The position numbers and the translations under genes were made by a program. Below, one piece after another: positions 26,951-39,300 of a stretch of DNA of 64,000 nucleotides (the first letter of the stretch is position 1; every line of letters begins with the position of its first letter). The notes under the pieces were generated by a model, which ran no database searches, had not been told where the DNA came from, and saw only the letters and a list, made by a program, of their open reading frames with translations. The stretch comes from the human T2T-CHM13v2.0 reference genome, Homo sapiens, in assembly GCF_009914755.1 (NCBI RefSeq), contig NC_060926.1, one strand, 5' to 3'.

Positions 26951-27316
26951 TCTGACCCTCAGGGTTCCCAGCCTCCGGAGCACCTGGTGGTCCCGTCACA
27001 GCCACCTTAGTCACAGCCACATGCCCGGCTCACCTGTGCAGGGCCAGGGCCTCAGAGAAAAGGTTGTCCTTCCAGCACTTGGTGGCTCTGGAAGTGAGAG
27101 CTGGCCCAGAGGCTTGGACCACGTGCCTGCAACCAACTCCTCTTTGAGTCTGAGTTGGGGAAACTGATTGAATCAGGGTGAGAAGATTTGCTTTTTGTTT
27201 TTCCTGGTCCCCATGGAAAGTGCCAGTATTGTGAAATTATGAAGATGGAGTTGAACATGTAAAAATTAAAGTTAAAATTTCAGGAGAAAAATTTCTTCCC
27301 ATTAAGAATCCATTGT

Positions 27317-28068
<752 letters not shown>

Positions 28069-28137
28069 TCATAGTATTTATGGTATTGTACCAGAATCTG
28101 TTTGCACAGAAACAGTTAGTAGCATTATTTTTCTATA

Positions 28138-28289
28138 TTTTTTTGTTTGTCTGTTTCTTTTTTGGTTTTTTGAGGTGAAGTTTCGCTCTTTGCCTGTAAT
28201 CCCAGCACTTTGGGAGGCCGAGGCAGATGGAGGTCAGGAGTTCGAGAGCAACCTGGCCAACATGATGAAACCCCATCTCTCCTAAAAAT
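28138..28289. mobile_element. Chimeric inverted Alu remnant (antisense tail joined to sense left arm)
   Basis: T-rich tail plus tgaggtgaagtttcgctctt (antisense Alu 3' end) fused to tgcctgtaatcccagcactttgggaggccgagg...ctaaaaat (sense). Confidence 0.85.
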
Positions 28290-28619
28290 TTGTCTGCATT
28301 TCTTAGCCTAGCAGTCAGCTGACCTGTACATACCTATCACAAACCCATCCACATTTCTTTAAAATATTCAGAAATCCAAACTTAACCCTGCTTCCCACTG
28401 GCCTGTGGCCTTCAGACTGAGGGAGAGTTGACTAAGAAATCCCCACTTCTTAGCCCTTTTCCCAGTATAACTACTTTGTTAAAAGCCTTCTTTTCCTAAA
28501 GCCTATAATTATGTTTGCCTCCAGGGTACCCAGGAATTTTTTCTTTTAATAAACAAAGAGCATCCTACAATTATCATGATGATTTGTCGAGGGCAGGCCA
28601 AGTTCAGACAGGAGGCTGA

Positions 28620-29277
28620 CTCAGCTCTGGAAACTGACACGCACGTGCTGGCGTTTTCGATCCTGGGGGCACCCGACAGCGTTTAGGGGTCAAGAATTAA
28701 TATTAAGAGCTGGAGAACTAACAGATCCACATAGATGTCCACTTTATACTGCCAGCAAAACGGGACAGCAGTTGGGTGGGATTTGGCCTTCCTGAGGCTG
28801 GCGGCACCGTCTGTGGGCCGTGCCATCACAAATGGCTCTAGGTCAACACCTCCAGCCTGCGTGCACTGCAGCATCCGGATGCCGTAACCTGGTGCTGCTG
28901 GAGCCACACGCAGCCAGGGCCGGCATGGGCAGAAGCCGGCGGAGTTGGAGCCTGTCGCTCTGTCAGCCCTGATTTGCGGGCTGAGCCCAGTTTTGTGGCC
29001 CTGGCTGTAATCTCCCCGAGTTCAAAGAGTGCTTAGCTGCTTGTCTTTGTCAAGAGCGCAGTTGGGGATCTTTTATGTGAAAGATGTAGAATTCTCGGGC
29101 AGACTTTGATTATTTATTCATCCCCCTTCGTGGGTGTGTGATCGCGCGGGCACTGCGGAGCCCCTTGTCCTGGCTGCTCTTGCTATGAAATTCATTGAGC
29201 TTTAAAGCCCTTTGAAAGTAGCTTTTTGAGGGAGGGGGAAAGTTTTTGAAGTCTTGTTTCTCTCTCCCCCTCTGCAG
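28620..29277 (+). promoter_or_regulatory. CpG-enriched candidate internal promoter/enhancer with TCF/LEF and SMAD motifs
   Basis: TTCAAAG 29021-29027, CAGAC 29100-29104 overlapping CTTTGAT 29104-29110, CTTTGAA 29210-29216; locally raised CpG (e.g. atcgcgcggg). Confidence 0.5.
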
Positions 29278-29383
29278 TGCCGCAGCATCTCTTGCCACCA
29301 TTCCATGCGCCCCTACCGATTGACATGCGACACCAGGAAGGAAGGTACCATTACGAGCCTCATTCTGTCCACGGTGTGCACGG
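29278..29383 (+). CDS. GLI2: GLI2 coding exon, 106 nt (commonly numbered exon 3)
   Basis: Acceptor tttctctctccccctctgcag| and donor CGG|gtaagt. Translates (V)PQHLLPPFHAPLPIDMRHQEGRYHYEPHSVHGVH(G). Confidence 0.96.
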
Positions 29384-30659
29384 GTAAGTCCTGCCCTCTG
29401 CCTGCTGCTCCTGGCGTGCAGTCACCTGCCATGGGGAGGCTGGGCCGGCAGCCTCAGCCACATCTCCTGCCTCTGTCTTTCTTTTGGGGGTTCCTGATCT
29501 ACATTGTCCTGAGCGGGCGATCACCTTTGCTATCATGGCCTGGGACCCTGTGTGAGCATGTGCGTGGGCAGTGTATAAACACCAACCACCCCCGAGCCCA
29601 CATCACCACTTATAAGGCTCTGGGCTTCCTTGGTGTATCTATACATGGTTTGGAGCTCTTTCTTCATCCATGAAGTGGGAATCCTCTCTAGGTCTAAGAT
29701 CCCATATAAGTAAGGTGATCTTAGGTATCTGTTGTTCCAGCATAATAATTCAGAGCACCCTTTTTCACTTCTTCAAGTGTCCCCCTTTGAATAGTAAATT
29801 GTATAGTCACCATACTTAAAAGGACAAGCTCAAAGTGATGCTTTGGGGCCCTTCCTATTCCCAGCTTTGAAGTCCCCAGGTAGAAGGTGTGGGGTCACCC
29901 TGTGGTCTCCACCTGCCTAACCCTGTCCCTGTCATACCCACCTGGGGCCTCTAAGCCCATTGGCTGGTGTCATTTCTTGGCCTTTAGGGCTCAAAAGTCT
30001 TGGTCTCTGGCTATCCCATCCATCCTCCTTCCAGGAAAGAAGGCCCCTCCTTCTCCCTACCCCCAAACTCTCCACTGCTCCCCGCACCTGCCTCCAGGAG
30101 AGCTCTTGCAAAGGTCAGCCAGCCCCAAGACCCCTCTCGACCCAGCATCTTCATGCCCACACCCTCCAGCCCCCTCACCTGTTCATGCCAAGGTGCTGTC
30201 TGTGGTTCTGTCCCATGTCTCTGTGCCTGGGGCCAGCTGCCTGCCCAGTGTGCCTGGAATCTCCCCCCAACAGGCCACCTCCAAGCCTCAACCGAGGAGT
30301 CACCTCCTCAGGGGCAGTGTGATCCTTCACACTGAGCGGGGGCTGCTGCCCTCAATCCACAGCATCATCATCCGTTTTTGCACCTGCCTCCCAGCCAGCT
30401 CTGAGCTCTCCTCTCACCTCTGTGTCTCAATGCTGACATGAATAGGTGTACAACCAGTGCTCGCTGAGTGGAGAGCCTCTCCCCGCCTGCCGCCACCTAT
30501 GAAGGCACATCCTCCTTCCTCTACCATCTCCCATCCCAGTGAAGTCAGTCAACACTTGCTGGGCCCTCACTGTGCTCACAGCATTGTGCCTCAGCAGAGT
30601 CCTGTTTCCGGACACCCATTGCCTCCCCAAGACGGAGCAAACCTGGGACTTCTACTTTC

Positions 30660-31635
30660 TTTTTAAAAACTGTTTTACTTTTAAATATTTTACTCTGAAA
30701 TAATTAAGGTCATACAAAAACAGTTCCAAAAACCATAAAGGCTTTCTTGTATATGCTTCACGCAGCTCCTCAAATGTGGACATCTTACATAACCCAAGAC
30801 TGACAGAATGCTCTTCACTCACCCACAGAGCTTATCCAGATTTGCTCAGTTGCCCACTAGTGTCTTTTTTTCCCGGTTCAAGACCCAATCCTGGATCCCA
30901 CGTGGCACTTGGTTGCCGAGACTCCTTCGTCATCTCCTGTCTGGGACGGTTCCTTAGTCTCTTTTGTCTTTCATGACCTTGGCAGTTTTAAAGAGTACTG
31001 GCCAGTTACTATATAAGATGTCTCTGGGTTTGGGTTTGCCTGATTGATGCTGTTTCATGATGACATTCGGATCATGCGTTTTGGGGAATAATACTATAAA
31101 AGTGATGTTTGTCCTTTGCAGGCATCCTGTCAGGAGGCCTATGATCTTCACGCTTCTCACTGCTGGAAATGTTGATCATTTGGTTATGGGCCTGTCTGCT
31201 GGCTTCTCCGCTTTAAAGTTGTCCCGTTCGTAATTAATAAGTATTTTGTGGGGTAATACTTAGAGGATATGGAAATATCCTGTTTCTTATCATATTTTCA
31301 TCCGTTAACTTATACATCCATCGATGCTTCTTGCCAGAAACAGTCGTTACTAGTGTTTGCCAAATGGCGATTTTCTGTTTCTATCATTTTGTCCACATTT
31401 AGTGGTTGGAATTCTCCTGTAAGGAAAAGCTGTCCCGCCTCCCACATTTCTTTGTATATTTGGTTGTCTGTTGTTATGCACATGGATGCATGGTTTTTTG
31501 TGTGATTCTATGGGTTATACTCTATTACTACCAATATTTATTGTGTTCTTCCAGTTGTCCCAGATTTGGCCGTTGGGGTCCCTTCCAGTTGTCCTCTGTG
31601 TCCCGTTGACATGTTGGGAACTTTTTGTTTTATTT
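30660..31635 (-). mobile_element. Old L1 (L1MC-like) 3' fragment
   Basis: tctttcatgaccttggcagttttaaagagtactggccagtt...aattaataagtattttgtggg, typical of an antisense L1MC 3' UTR. Confidence 0.7.
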
Positions 31636-32159
31636 CGGTGTGCATACCTGGTTCTCACTTGACTAGGATCCGCTGCCGCAGCCTTATGTCTGCCTGGTGG
31701 GTGTTGGAGTCATTTCCACCCTCTGCTCACCTCCAGGGCCCCTCCACCTGCAGGTGGCTGAGACCACAGCTGGAGAAACCTCTGGAAGGTGCATGTGTTT
31801 GGAACTAGTTGGGCCACCCAAAAATTGCCCAGTCAGTGGCGTCTGAGACTCCTAGGAGCATCCAGGGAGCTCAGTCCCTATTTGGGAGGGGGTTGCTGTT
31901 GCTGATTTCTTGCTCATGAGTCATGTTTGGCTGGTTCCATGACACGGATCCTGGGCATAGCAGGCCTGCCTCAAAGTGCTCCCTGCACGGGATGTTGGTC
32001 AGGAGACCTGGGCAATGCTGAGAGCTTTGTGCAGAGACAGTCCATGCTGGAGTGCTTCTGCCTGCAGGTGAATGTCCTGGTTCACCTCTCCCTATACACC
32101 TGAAGTGTGTAGAGGCACCACCAGAAGTGTAGGAAGACCCCAACAGCGATGACTGCCTT

Positions 32160-32360
32160 CCTCATCATAACTGACCTTGTGAACCGGCCCTGCTGTAAAT
32201 GCTTTTATGTGTTCATGCCGTTTAATCTTCTCAACAACCCAAAAAAGAGTCATTTTGTGTTTTTCCATTTTACAAATGAAGGAACTGAAGCAGCACAGAG
32301 TGGGTAGATGACTAACCCTATGGCTCACCCACTTTGCAAGTTAGAAATCAAGTTCCAGCC
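32160..32360 (-). mobile_element. MIR
   Basis: tttaatcttctcaacaaccc...ccattttacaaatgaaggaactgaagc. Confidence 0.8.
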
Positions 32361-32959
32361 CCCTGAGCTCAGGCCCTCCGCTGCATGCTGGCCTTTCTTG
32401 TGGGAGCGTAAGTATGGACCATGGGTCCCTCTGACGAGTCCAGCCGAGCCCTTCTTGACAGCACCTCGGCCCTTCGTTAGGGCACTGCCCCGAGTCCAGT
32501 CGCTCCCAGAACCCCTGGCCAAGCAGCAGCAGTGTCCCCTGGGAGTCTGTTGTGGGTACTGCAGATCCTCAGGCCACAGCCCAGCCCCATTGAGTCAGAG
32601 ACTCCACGGAAGGGGTCTGTGTCTATGTGTGCCACGCCTTGCAGGTAATGCAGTTGCAGGCTCCAGCTTGACAGCCCTGGCTACAGGCAGAGCCCCCACT
32701 GAGAAGGGAGGCCCTCAGTGCCGTCCTTCCCTGTGTAGGTGGGAGCCCTGGGCTGGGAAGGGGCCTGGGTCTTCACCAGGCTTTGCCATGCTCCAGCTCT
32801 GGGTAGGGCCTGCTTCCTTCCCTTGCCAGTGAGGGTGGGGTGTGCGCAGAGCACTTGGAGAAGGGGGCCGTGGATGCTGGCATGCAGCAGGGAGGAGTGG
32901 CCCAGCCAGAGGCCCACAGAAATGGCCTTGTCCCTCATGGCCTACACAGCTCCTTCACT

Positions 32960-33460
32960 GGTTGGATTCCTGAAGAGATTCCTAATGCTGCTGTAACTAA
33001 TTACCACAAACTTCATGGCTTAAAACAATGTAGACTTATCCTCATATCATTCCGGAGGTCAGAAGTCTGAAATAAGTCTTATGGTACTTAAAATCAAGGA
33101 GTTGGCAGGGCTGGTTCCTTCTGGAGGCTCCAGGAGAGACTCTTTGACATTTCTAGGTTCTGGAGGTTGCCTGCATTCCTTGGCTTACAGCCCCGTCCTC
33201 ACACACATCACCTTTTCCCCCTTGCTCTGTCCTCACCTTGCCCTCTTCCTAGTCTGTGGGAGTTTTCTCCCCTGCTTCTCTCTTCTAAGGACACCTGCTA
33301 TTGCCTTTCGGGCCTACTGGGATAATCCACTTGTGGCTCCCATTTCAAGATCTTTAAAGTAGTCATGTCTCTTAAGTCCCGTTTGCTGTAGAAGGAAACA
33401 CTTAACAAATGCCAGGGATTAGGGTGTGGATGTTCTTGGGGGCTGTTATTCAGGTTATTT
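32960..33460 (-). mobile_element. MLT1 (ERVL-MaLR) solo LTR
   Basis: gctgctgtaactaattaccacaaacttcatggcttaaaacaa...ggaggtcagaagtctgaaat...ccagggattagggtgtggatg. Confidence 0.85.
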
Positions 33461-33529
33461 GGGATCACTGAGCCCCAGTGTGGAGTCTGGCATCAGCCTG
33501 TAGAATACAGTAAATCATATTTATAATTT

Positions 33530-33690
33530 GCATGGGTCTGCAGCAGGCCAGGCACGGCCCTGGGCCCTGGTATATTGTACTGGTGAATCTTCCTGACTGC
33601 TCTGTGAGATGGGGGTTAAGCTTCATCTTGCAGATGCAGACATTGAGGCTCAGAGAGGCACAGTGACTTCTGTGTGACATCCCTGCAAGG
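33530..33690 (-). mobile_element. MIR fragment
   Basis: catcttgcagatgcagacattgaggctcagagagg. Confidence 0.65.
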
Positions 33691-35757
33691 TAGTTACTTC
33701 CGTGAGGGCAAGGAGACCAGGCTCTGGGGTGCAGATCTCCTCCCCAGCCAAGGAGGGGCTAGTCTGGTTAAGCCCCAGTGATGGGCAGCAGCATGGTGCT
33801 CCCAGAGCCCCCCGTCCCTACGCGGTCCTGCTGGGGTGGGCTTCCAGCGGCTCCACACTATCCTCAAGACAGTTGGTTCCCGCCAGACTGAGTGGGGGAC
33901 ACAGCAAGAGCCTCGGGGCTGGCCCTGGGCTCTGGAAAGCCCATGCCCTCACCTCTTCCGCCCCCAGTGTCCCAGGTGAGAACCAGGGCAAAGCTTGTGA
34001 GGAAAATGGCCCCGTGGCTCTGGCTTCCATGATGAATGTGGTTGGAGCCCGGTGGAGAATCCCGATCCATCAAGCCCATGTTGTAGCTCGCTTCTCCCTG
34101 CCAGCACCAAATGTGTCTAATTACACAGATGTTTGCACAGCAAATGAGGTACGGTGTCATCTCATTTCTGTGTCAGCTGAGCCTGAGCCTGAGCCTGCTG
34201 CCCTGAGCTGGTGACCATTTCGTGGGTGTGCCCGCCCCTCAGCCCTTGCACCTCCTGCTTTCCACTGCTCAAGCACCCAGACCCCCTCCCCGTTCCCTCT
34301 CAGGATCCTGATAGCTCCAGGGAGGGCGCACCCAGTGTGTGCAGGCTCCAGAGAGGTGTTCCCTGCACTCTCTCATTCTGCCCTGCCCTCTGCCCCTCCG
34401 GAGTACCTTGGTCATCACCCAAGAGCCTGCCATTGTCAGTTCTCAGCCTGCCAGGCTACCCGCACTGGGACCCATTGCCGAACCCTCCCTAGCTGTGATT
34501 AACATGAATTAACTCACCTCAGCTTTCTCATCTATAGAAGGGCCAGATCTGCTGAGACAACCCACATAACCCAGCCAACTGAGTTATTTTGAGAAGGAGA
34601 CAGGGTAATGTGAGTAAAGCGTCTAGAACACTTTGGAAACATTCAATGGATATGAGCAACAATCGTGATCATTGTTGTTATCCTCACTTGCTGATTTGAG
34701 AAGGGGGCCACGGCAGGCTGGGAGACTGGGTGGCAGAGGCCGGCCACAGCATGTCCTTGGGAGAGTTGACTGTCTGGGGACTGTGGCACAGAAGGTGGGG
34801 GATGGGGCTGAAGGAGTGCTGTGGTGCGGTGTGGTGGGGGTCTTTCTTTCCCCCAGTTGAGGAATTTGGACTTCCTCCTTTTGGCAACCAGGAGCAGCGG
34901 GGAGTGGTCAGATTTATTTTCAGGCAGCTACAGCAGTAGTTAGGGAGTAGACAGGAGAAGGGCGGGAACTGTGGTGAGAGGACCTGCCAGAGCTGCCACA
35001 GTGGCCCTGGGGAGAGGGGAGCAGGACCAGGGCTGACCACCCGGCTGTAAACAGGCAGCTGCACGTGGGGAAGGCAGGGCATGGAGGTTGGTGTGAGGAC
35101 AGCCTTGCAGCCCAGCCCAGCTCGATGGCCTCCTCATAGACACCCAAGCCCACTCCTCTGCAGAGCACCCTTCCCGGTCACTTAAGGTTCAAATGCACAG
35201 CAGGCTTGCATGGCTTACTGATGCTCACGTGGTTCCAGGGGAGGAAAGTCACCACCCACCCGTGGACTCCTGCTGCAGTGTCTTTGGGCTGTGCAAACCA
35301 CAAGTGATGGGGAGACAAATGGGGCAGGGGTGTGTGATTGCTGGTCAAGCAAGGTTCTCTTGAAGCCCCCATGGGGACATCCCTAAGTCTCCAAGAGTCT
35401 GTACAAGGGCGAGAAGAGAAGGCCGGCTGTGAATAGGGCCACACACCCCCAGCAGTCTCTCCAACCTTGTGACGCTAACAGGAAAGAGAAGCTCTTTGGA
35501 TGCCCTCTGGGCCCCCTGCCTCCCAGAAATAGGCTTGCCAGGGTGTCATGGGGAGCAAGGCTGAGGTGTGGCGAGGAAGGGTCCCTAAGTTGGTGCTCCC
35601 CATTTCCTCAGTGTATGTGGTCACACAAGCATGAGTCCGGCCTGCCCTGGGCCAGCGTTAACTTGTGTCCTGGAGAGGAATGTAGAAGTCCATGCTCCTG
35701 GTTCGGGGGGCTGGGGTGGACCTTCAGCTCCCTATGTTGCTTTTGAGGACCTTTCCA

Positions 35758-35803
35758 GCCCTGCCCTGCCCTGCCCTGCCCTGCCCTGCCCTGCCCTGCC
35801 CTG
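35758..35803. repeat. (CCCTG)9 pentanucleotide repeat
   Basis: Perfect GCCCT tandem array; reads (CAGGG)n on the - strand. Confidence 0.95.
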
Positions 35804-35869
35804 GGGCTTCAGAGAAGACCAATTTCAGCTGCTTCCTGCCCAGAAGGGCGTACAGAAACTGCCCCATGC

Positions 35870-36035
35870 AGAGGTTCCCAAACCTGGCTGCAGATCTGAA
35901 CACACAGGGTGGGTCTTAAAGATGCCCATTCTCAGGCCCTGGCCCCAGGAGTTCTTGTTGATTTTCAGACTAGGGTGAAGCCCGGAAATCTGCTTATTTA
36001 CAGGCGCCCATAGGCCAGAGTTTGGGGACCACTGC
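35870..36035. mobile_element. MER5-type DNA transposon
   Basis: aggttcccaaacctggctgca...ggaaatctgcttatttacagg...agtttggggaccactg. Confidence 0.6.
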
Positions 36036-36186
36036 AGGCGCCGCTGCTTGCTTGACGTCCGGGAAAGCAGCCCCAGAGCTGCTTGTTGGCTTTCTGGACT
36101 CATCACTGACAGCGCCTCGCCGCCAAAACACGGGTTGTTAAAAATCCCCTGGTTCCTCGTGATAACCCATTCACAGACAAGTCCCT

Positions 36187-36222
36187 CCTAAACCTATTCA
36201 TATGACCTAAACCTATTCATAT
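36187..36222. repeat. Micro-duplication with a 19-bp period
   Basis: cctaaacctattcatat ga cctaaacctattcatat. Confidence 0.9.
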
Positions 36223-38019
36223 TCTCAGCTTGCAAAAGGCAGTGAGTGTATGGGGTGGGAACAGCTGCAGTATCTCAGCCTTCCTTTCTCCTCCTGCCTG
36301 GCACCATCTGACCTCTGACATCCACGACTCCACCCCCGACCTGACCACTGCTGATGGCTTCCTGCAGATCTCTTGATCCTGAGCTGTAGTTGGTTTGCAT
36401 TGCATTGGCAGTCACGGCCCAAGGCCACCCTTCCTGGAGGAGTGACGAGGGGGCTCTTGCTGGCACAGATGGCTCAGGGTTGTAGCTATCAACCCAGGCC
36501 CAGGTATGTTAGGGCAATAGAGTGAACGCCAGCTGGTGGGCATGGGGGCCTCACCTCCCTTTCATCTGCATGCTTGGTCACGCAAAATGCATATTACCCA
36601 GGGCCTCCGGAGACAGCATTAAGAGTGTCTGAAGCCCCACTTGGTCCCCGAGACTGCATGTTAATGGGGATGTTTAGCCGGGTGTCGGTGTGCCTTCACT
36701 TAAGAGAGTAGTTTCTTTGCTGCCACTGGGCCGAACTCATGAACTTTCCAGTCTGGGGGGATTTGAAGATTGCTTTTTCCAAGGTCAGTGTCCCATAAAG
36801 ACTGCACCGTTCGCCATGAGATTAATGAACACAGCAGCCTGCTCAGCCTGTGACTCACCAGTGTCATCCCGGGCCTTTATGACTCTGTCCTCAGTCATTC
36901 ACTGAGACGGGTGGGTTGAGCAGAAAGATATTTTCTTCTTGATTCTTGGCACAGCACCCGAGGTTCACGATTCATAGAGGATTGGCTTTGTTTGTTTTTT
37001 GGGAAGAACCTTCTCCTCCCTCTGCAAACATGCTCGTTTCTTTTCAGAGCCTAGAGGAAGGAGGAGACTTCCGAAAGGCATGTCCACCTGCCCCCTGGGA
37101 TGAGATGCTGGGTGGGCCCAGCGTCACCCACCAGGCAACTTGTCCCTCCTTTCCACGTGGGTCCACACTGCCTCTCCATCTCCAGGGAGCTCTTCCTTAA
37201 AACCGGCTGTTGCTGACCACTTCTTCAGAGCAACTGGACAGCAGGTAGACAGGGAGCCCAGAAACCCTGGGTCCAGGCGATGTGTCGGGCAGCACATCCT
37301 TCCACGGCTGTCTGAGGGTAGACCGACTAGATGTGGAGCCTTGGCTCACTGTGATGTAAACGGCCCTGAGACCCCATCAGGCAGGCCCCTCCCCATCTCT
37401 GGGCTGTGGGATACTTGGGTCAGACCAGCAGAGGAGCAGTAGCAGGAGTCTGTGCCCAGCCGCCGGCTTATGTCATGTCACCCTCCCTGCAAGGTGGGAT
37501 TATCACTCCCCAATAATCACTCCCACTTGATAATTGGGGAAACCGAGGCATGGGGAGGCTGACTGCCTTTCCAGTGACACACTCCTAGTAAGCAGCATAG
37601 ATTACTTACTGGGCATTTTGACCCCCCACCCCTTGCTAAAATCTTCCCCAGCTCTGAGAGCTTCAGATTCCAAAGCCAAGAATGCACTCGCTGGGCTGCG
37701 TGGGACAGACAGCTCATTTATAATGGAATCTGGCCTGTAAAAGTTTAACGAGGAGCGTGTCTGATAAGACGGGCTGGTCTTTGATCTTTACTGAACGCCA
37801 AAGCCCTCGCACAAGAGGAGCTGCTGGCTCTGGGTTTTGGAGAGAGCCGTGGTGGTCAGCCGAGAGCAGGAGGGGCCAGGGAGTGGAGCAAATCTTGATG
37901 TGCAGGCCGAGGTGGGCGTGCAGTGGGGGAGGGGCTGCGGCAGGATCGGGATGAACTATTCGGTTCCTCTCCTGTCCCTCGGGGTCCCCACTGTCGGACA
38001 TTTCCCCTCCACACCCCCA

Positions 38020-38460
38020 GTATGTAGACAGAACAGGGTTGAGGCCGGGGCTCACATCTTGCCTATGCTGCTTATACTCTTCACATCCTTGGGCTTGCTT
38101 AGCCCCACAAGCCTCAGTGGCCCCATCTCTAAAATGGGGACATAGTGGCTCCCCATGTGAAACTGTTGTGAGGACTAGATGGGTGTCTGTAAAGCATGTA
38201 GAAGCACACCTGGGACATACCGAGTGGCGGAGAGACCCCTGCTCTCATCACTGCCCTGCTAACATTAGAAGGAAAGCCAAGTTTCACTGCAGACACCCTG
38301 CAGGGTGCTGGGCCAGTGGTGTCCTATTCAGTCCTCCCAACACCCTGTAAGGTGGGGGATTTTCTCCTCAATTCATAGAGGCGAGAACTGGGCGTTCCCA
38401 GAATTTAAGAACTTCCCAAGATTGCCCAGCTTGTGAGATCTCACCAAGCCAGAGCTCTTC
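38020..38460. mobile_element. Two MIR fragments in opposite orientation
   Basis: Sense gcctcagtggccccatctctaaaatgggg...gttgtgagga, then antisense cctcccaacaccctgtaaggtgg...cttcccaagattgcccagct. Confidence 0.6.
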
Positions 38461-39149
38461 CCTATGCCGTGATTGTCCTCAGAGAGGAAAGAGAGTCTCG
38501 CCATGGTTCTCAGGGCTGCAGTGTGTTGTTTCTGTCTGCAGACATGGAAACAGAACAGTAATCAACCCAAAGGAATTAATCACTAACAGTAAAGTTTCAG
38601 GCATTGGTGGGGTGGATTGGCCTTTGAGGTGGGGAGTCCTCTTAGACTGCACATGTTCAGACTGTCCACTCGGTGGAAGCTGACGCCACTGCCAGATGCA
38701 TTCATTTATTCAGCCAAACTCATTGTTGCTGGATTTATTGTATCCCAAGTGCTGTCACTTGAGGCCACTCCTGCCAGCCCGAGTCAAGGTGTTGCTGAGG
38801 GAAAATGTGAGCAGTGCCCTGCCCCTGAGGCACTGCTTAAAAAGGTCAGAAATTGCTGCTGCCCTCAAGCCTCTGTCACTGCAGCCAGCACTGATGGTAT
38901 GTCTGGTGCCCGTCAAAAAGTACGCTGGACATGTCAGGAGCCCCATCCCTCCATCCCCTCCTTCCAAGGACTGCACCTCTGAAATGTACACTTGGCCTGT
39001 GCTGCCCAAACAAAGTAGCAAGAGTTCAGAGTTGCTTAACTCAGTGGGGAATGTTCTTAATGCTCGTTCCTCTGAGGACACTCACCCAGGGACCATGTGT
39101 GCCAGCCTCATGCCAGGCACTGGGGATACGGGCCCAAGGAGGCACAGTC

Positions 39150-39300
39150 TTTTTTAATAGAATTTTTATTTGTATAAATTTATGGGGTGCAAGTCCAATT
39201 TTGTGACATGCATAGATTTTGTAGCGGTGAAGTCAGGACTTTTAGAGTATCTATCACCTGAATAGTGTGCATTGCACCCACTAATTTCTCAAACTACATG
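39150..39300 (-). mobile_element. L1MA-like 3' end fragment
   Basis: tttttatttgtataaatttatggggtgcaagt...catgcatagatt...gtgaagtcagg...atcacctgaata. Confidence 0.75.

Noticed and set aside
29254-29673. 139-aa ORF overlapping the 106-nt exon
   Set aside because: It is in a different frame from the GLI2 peptide and runs through both splice sites.
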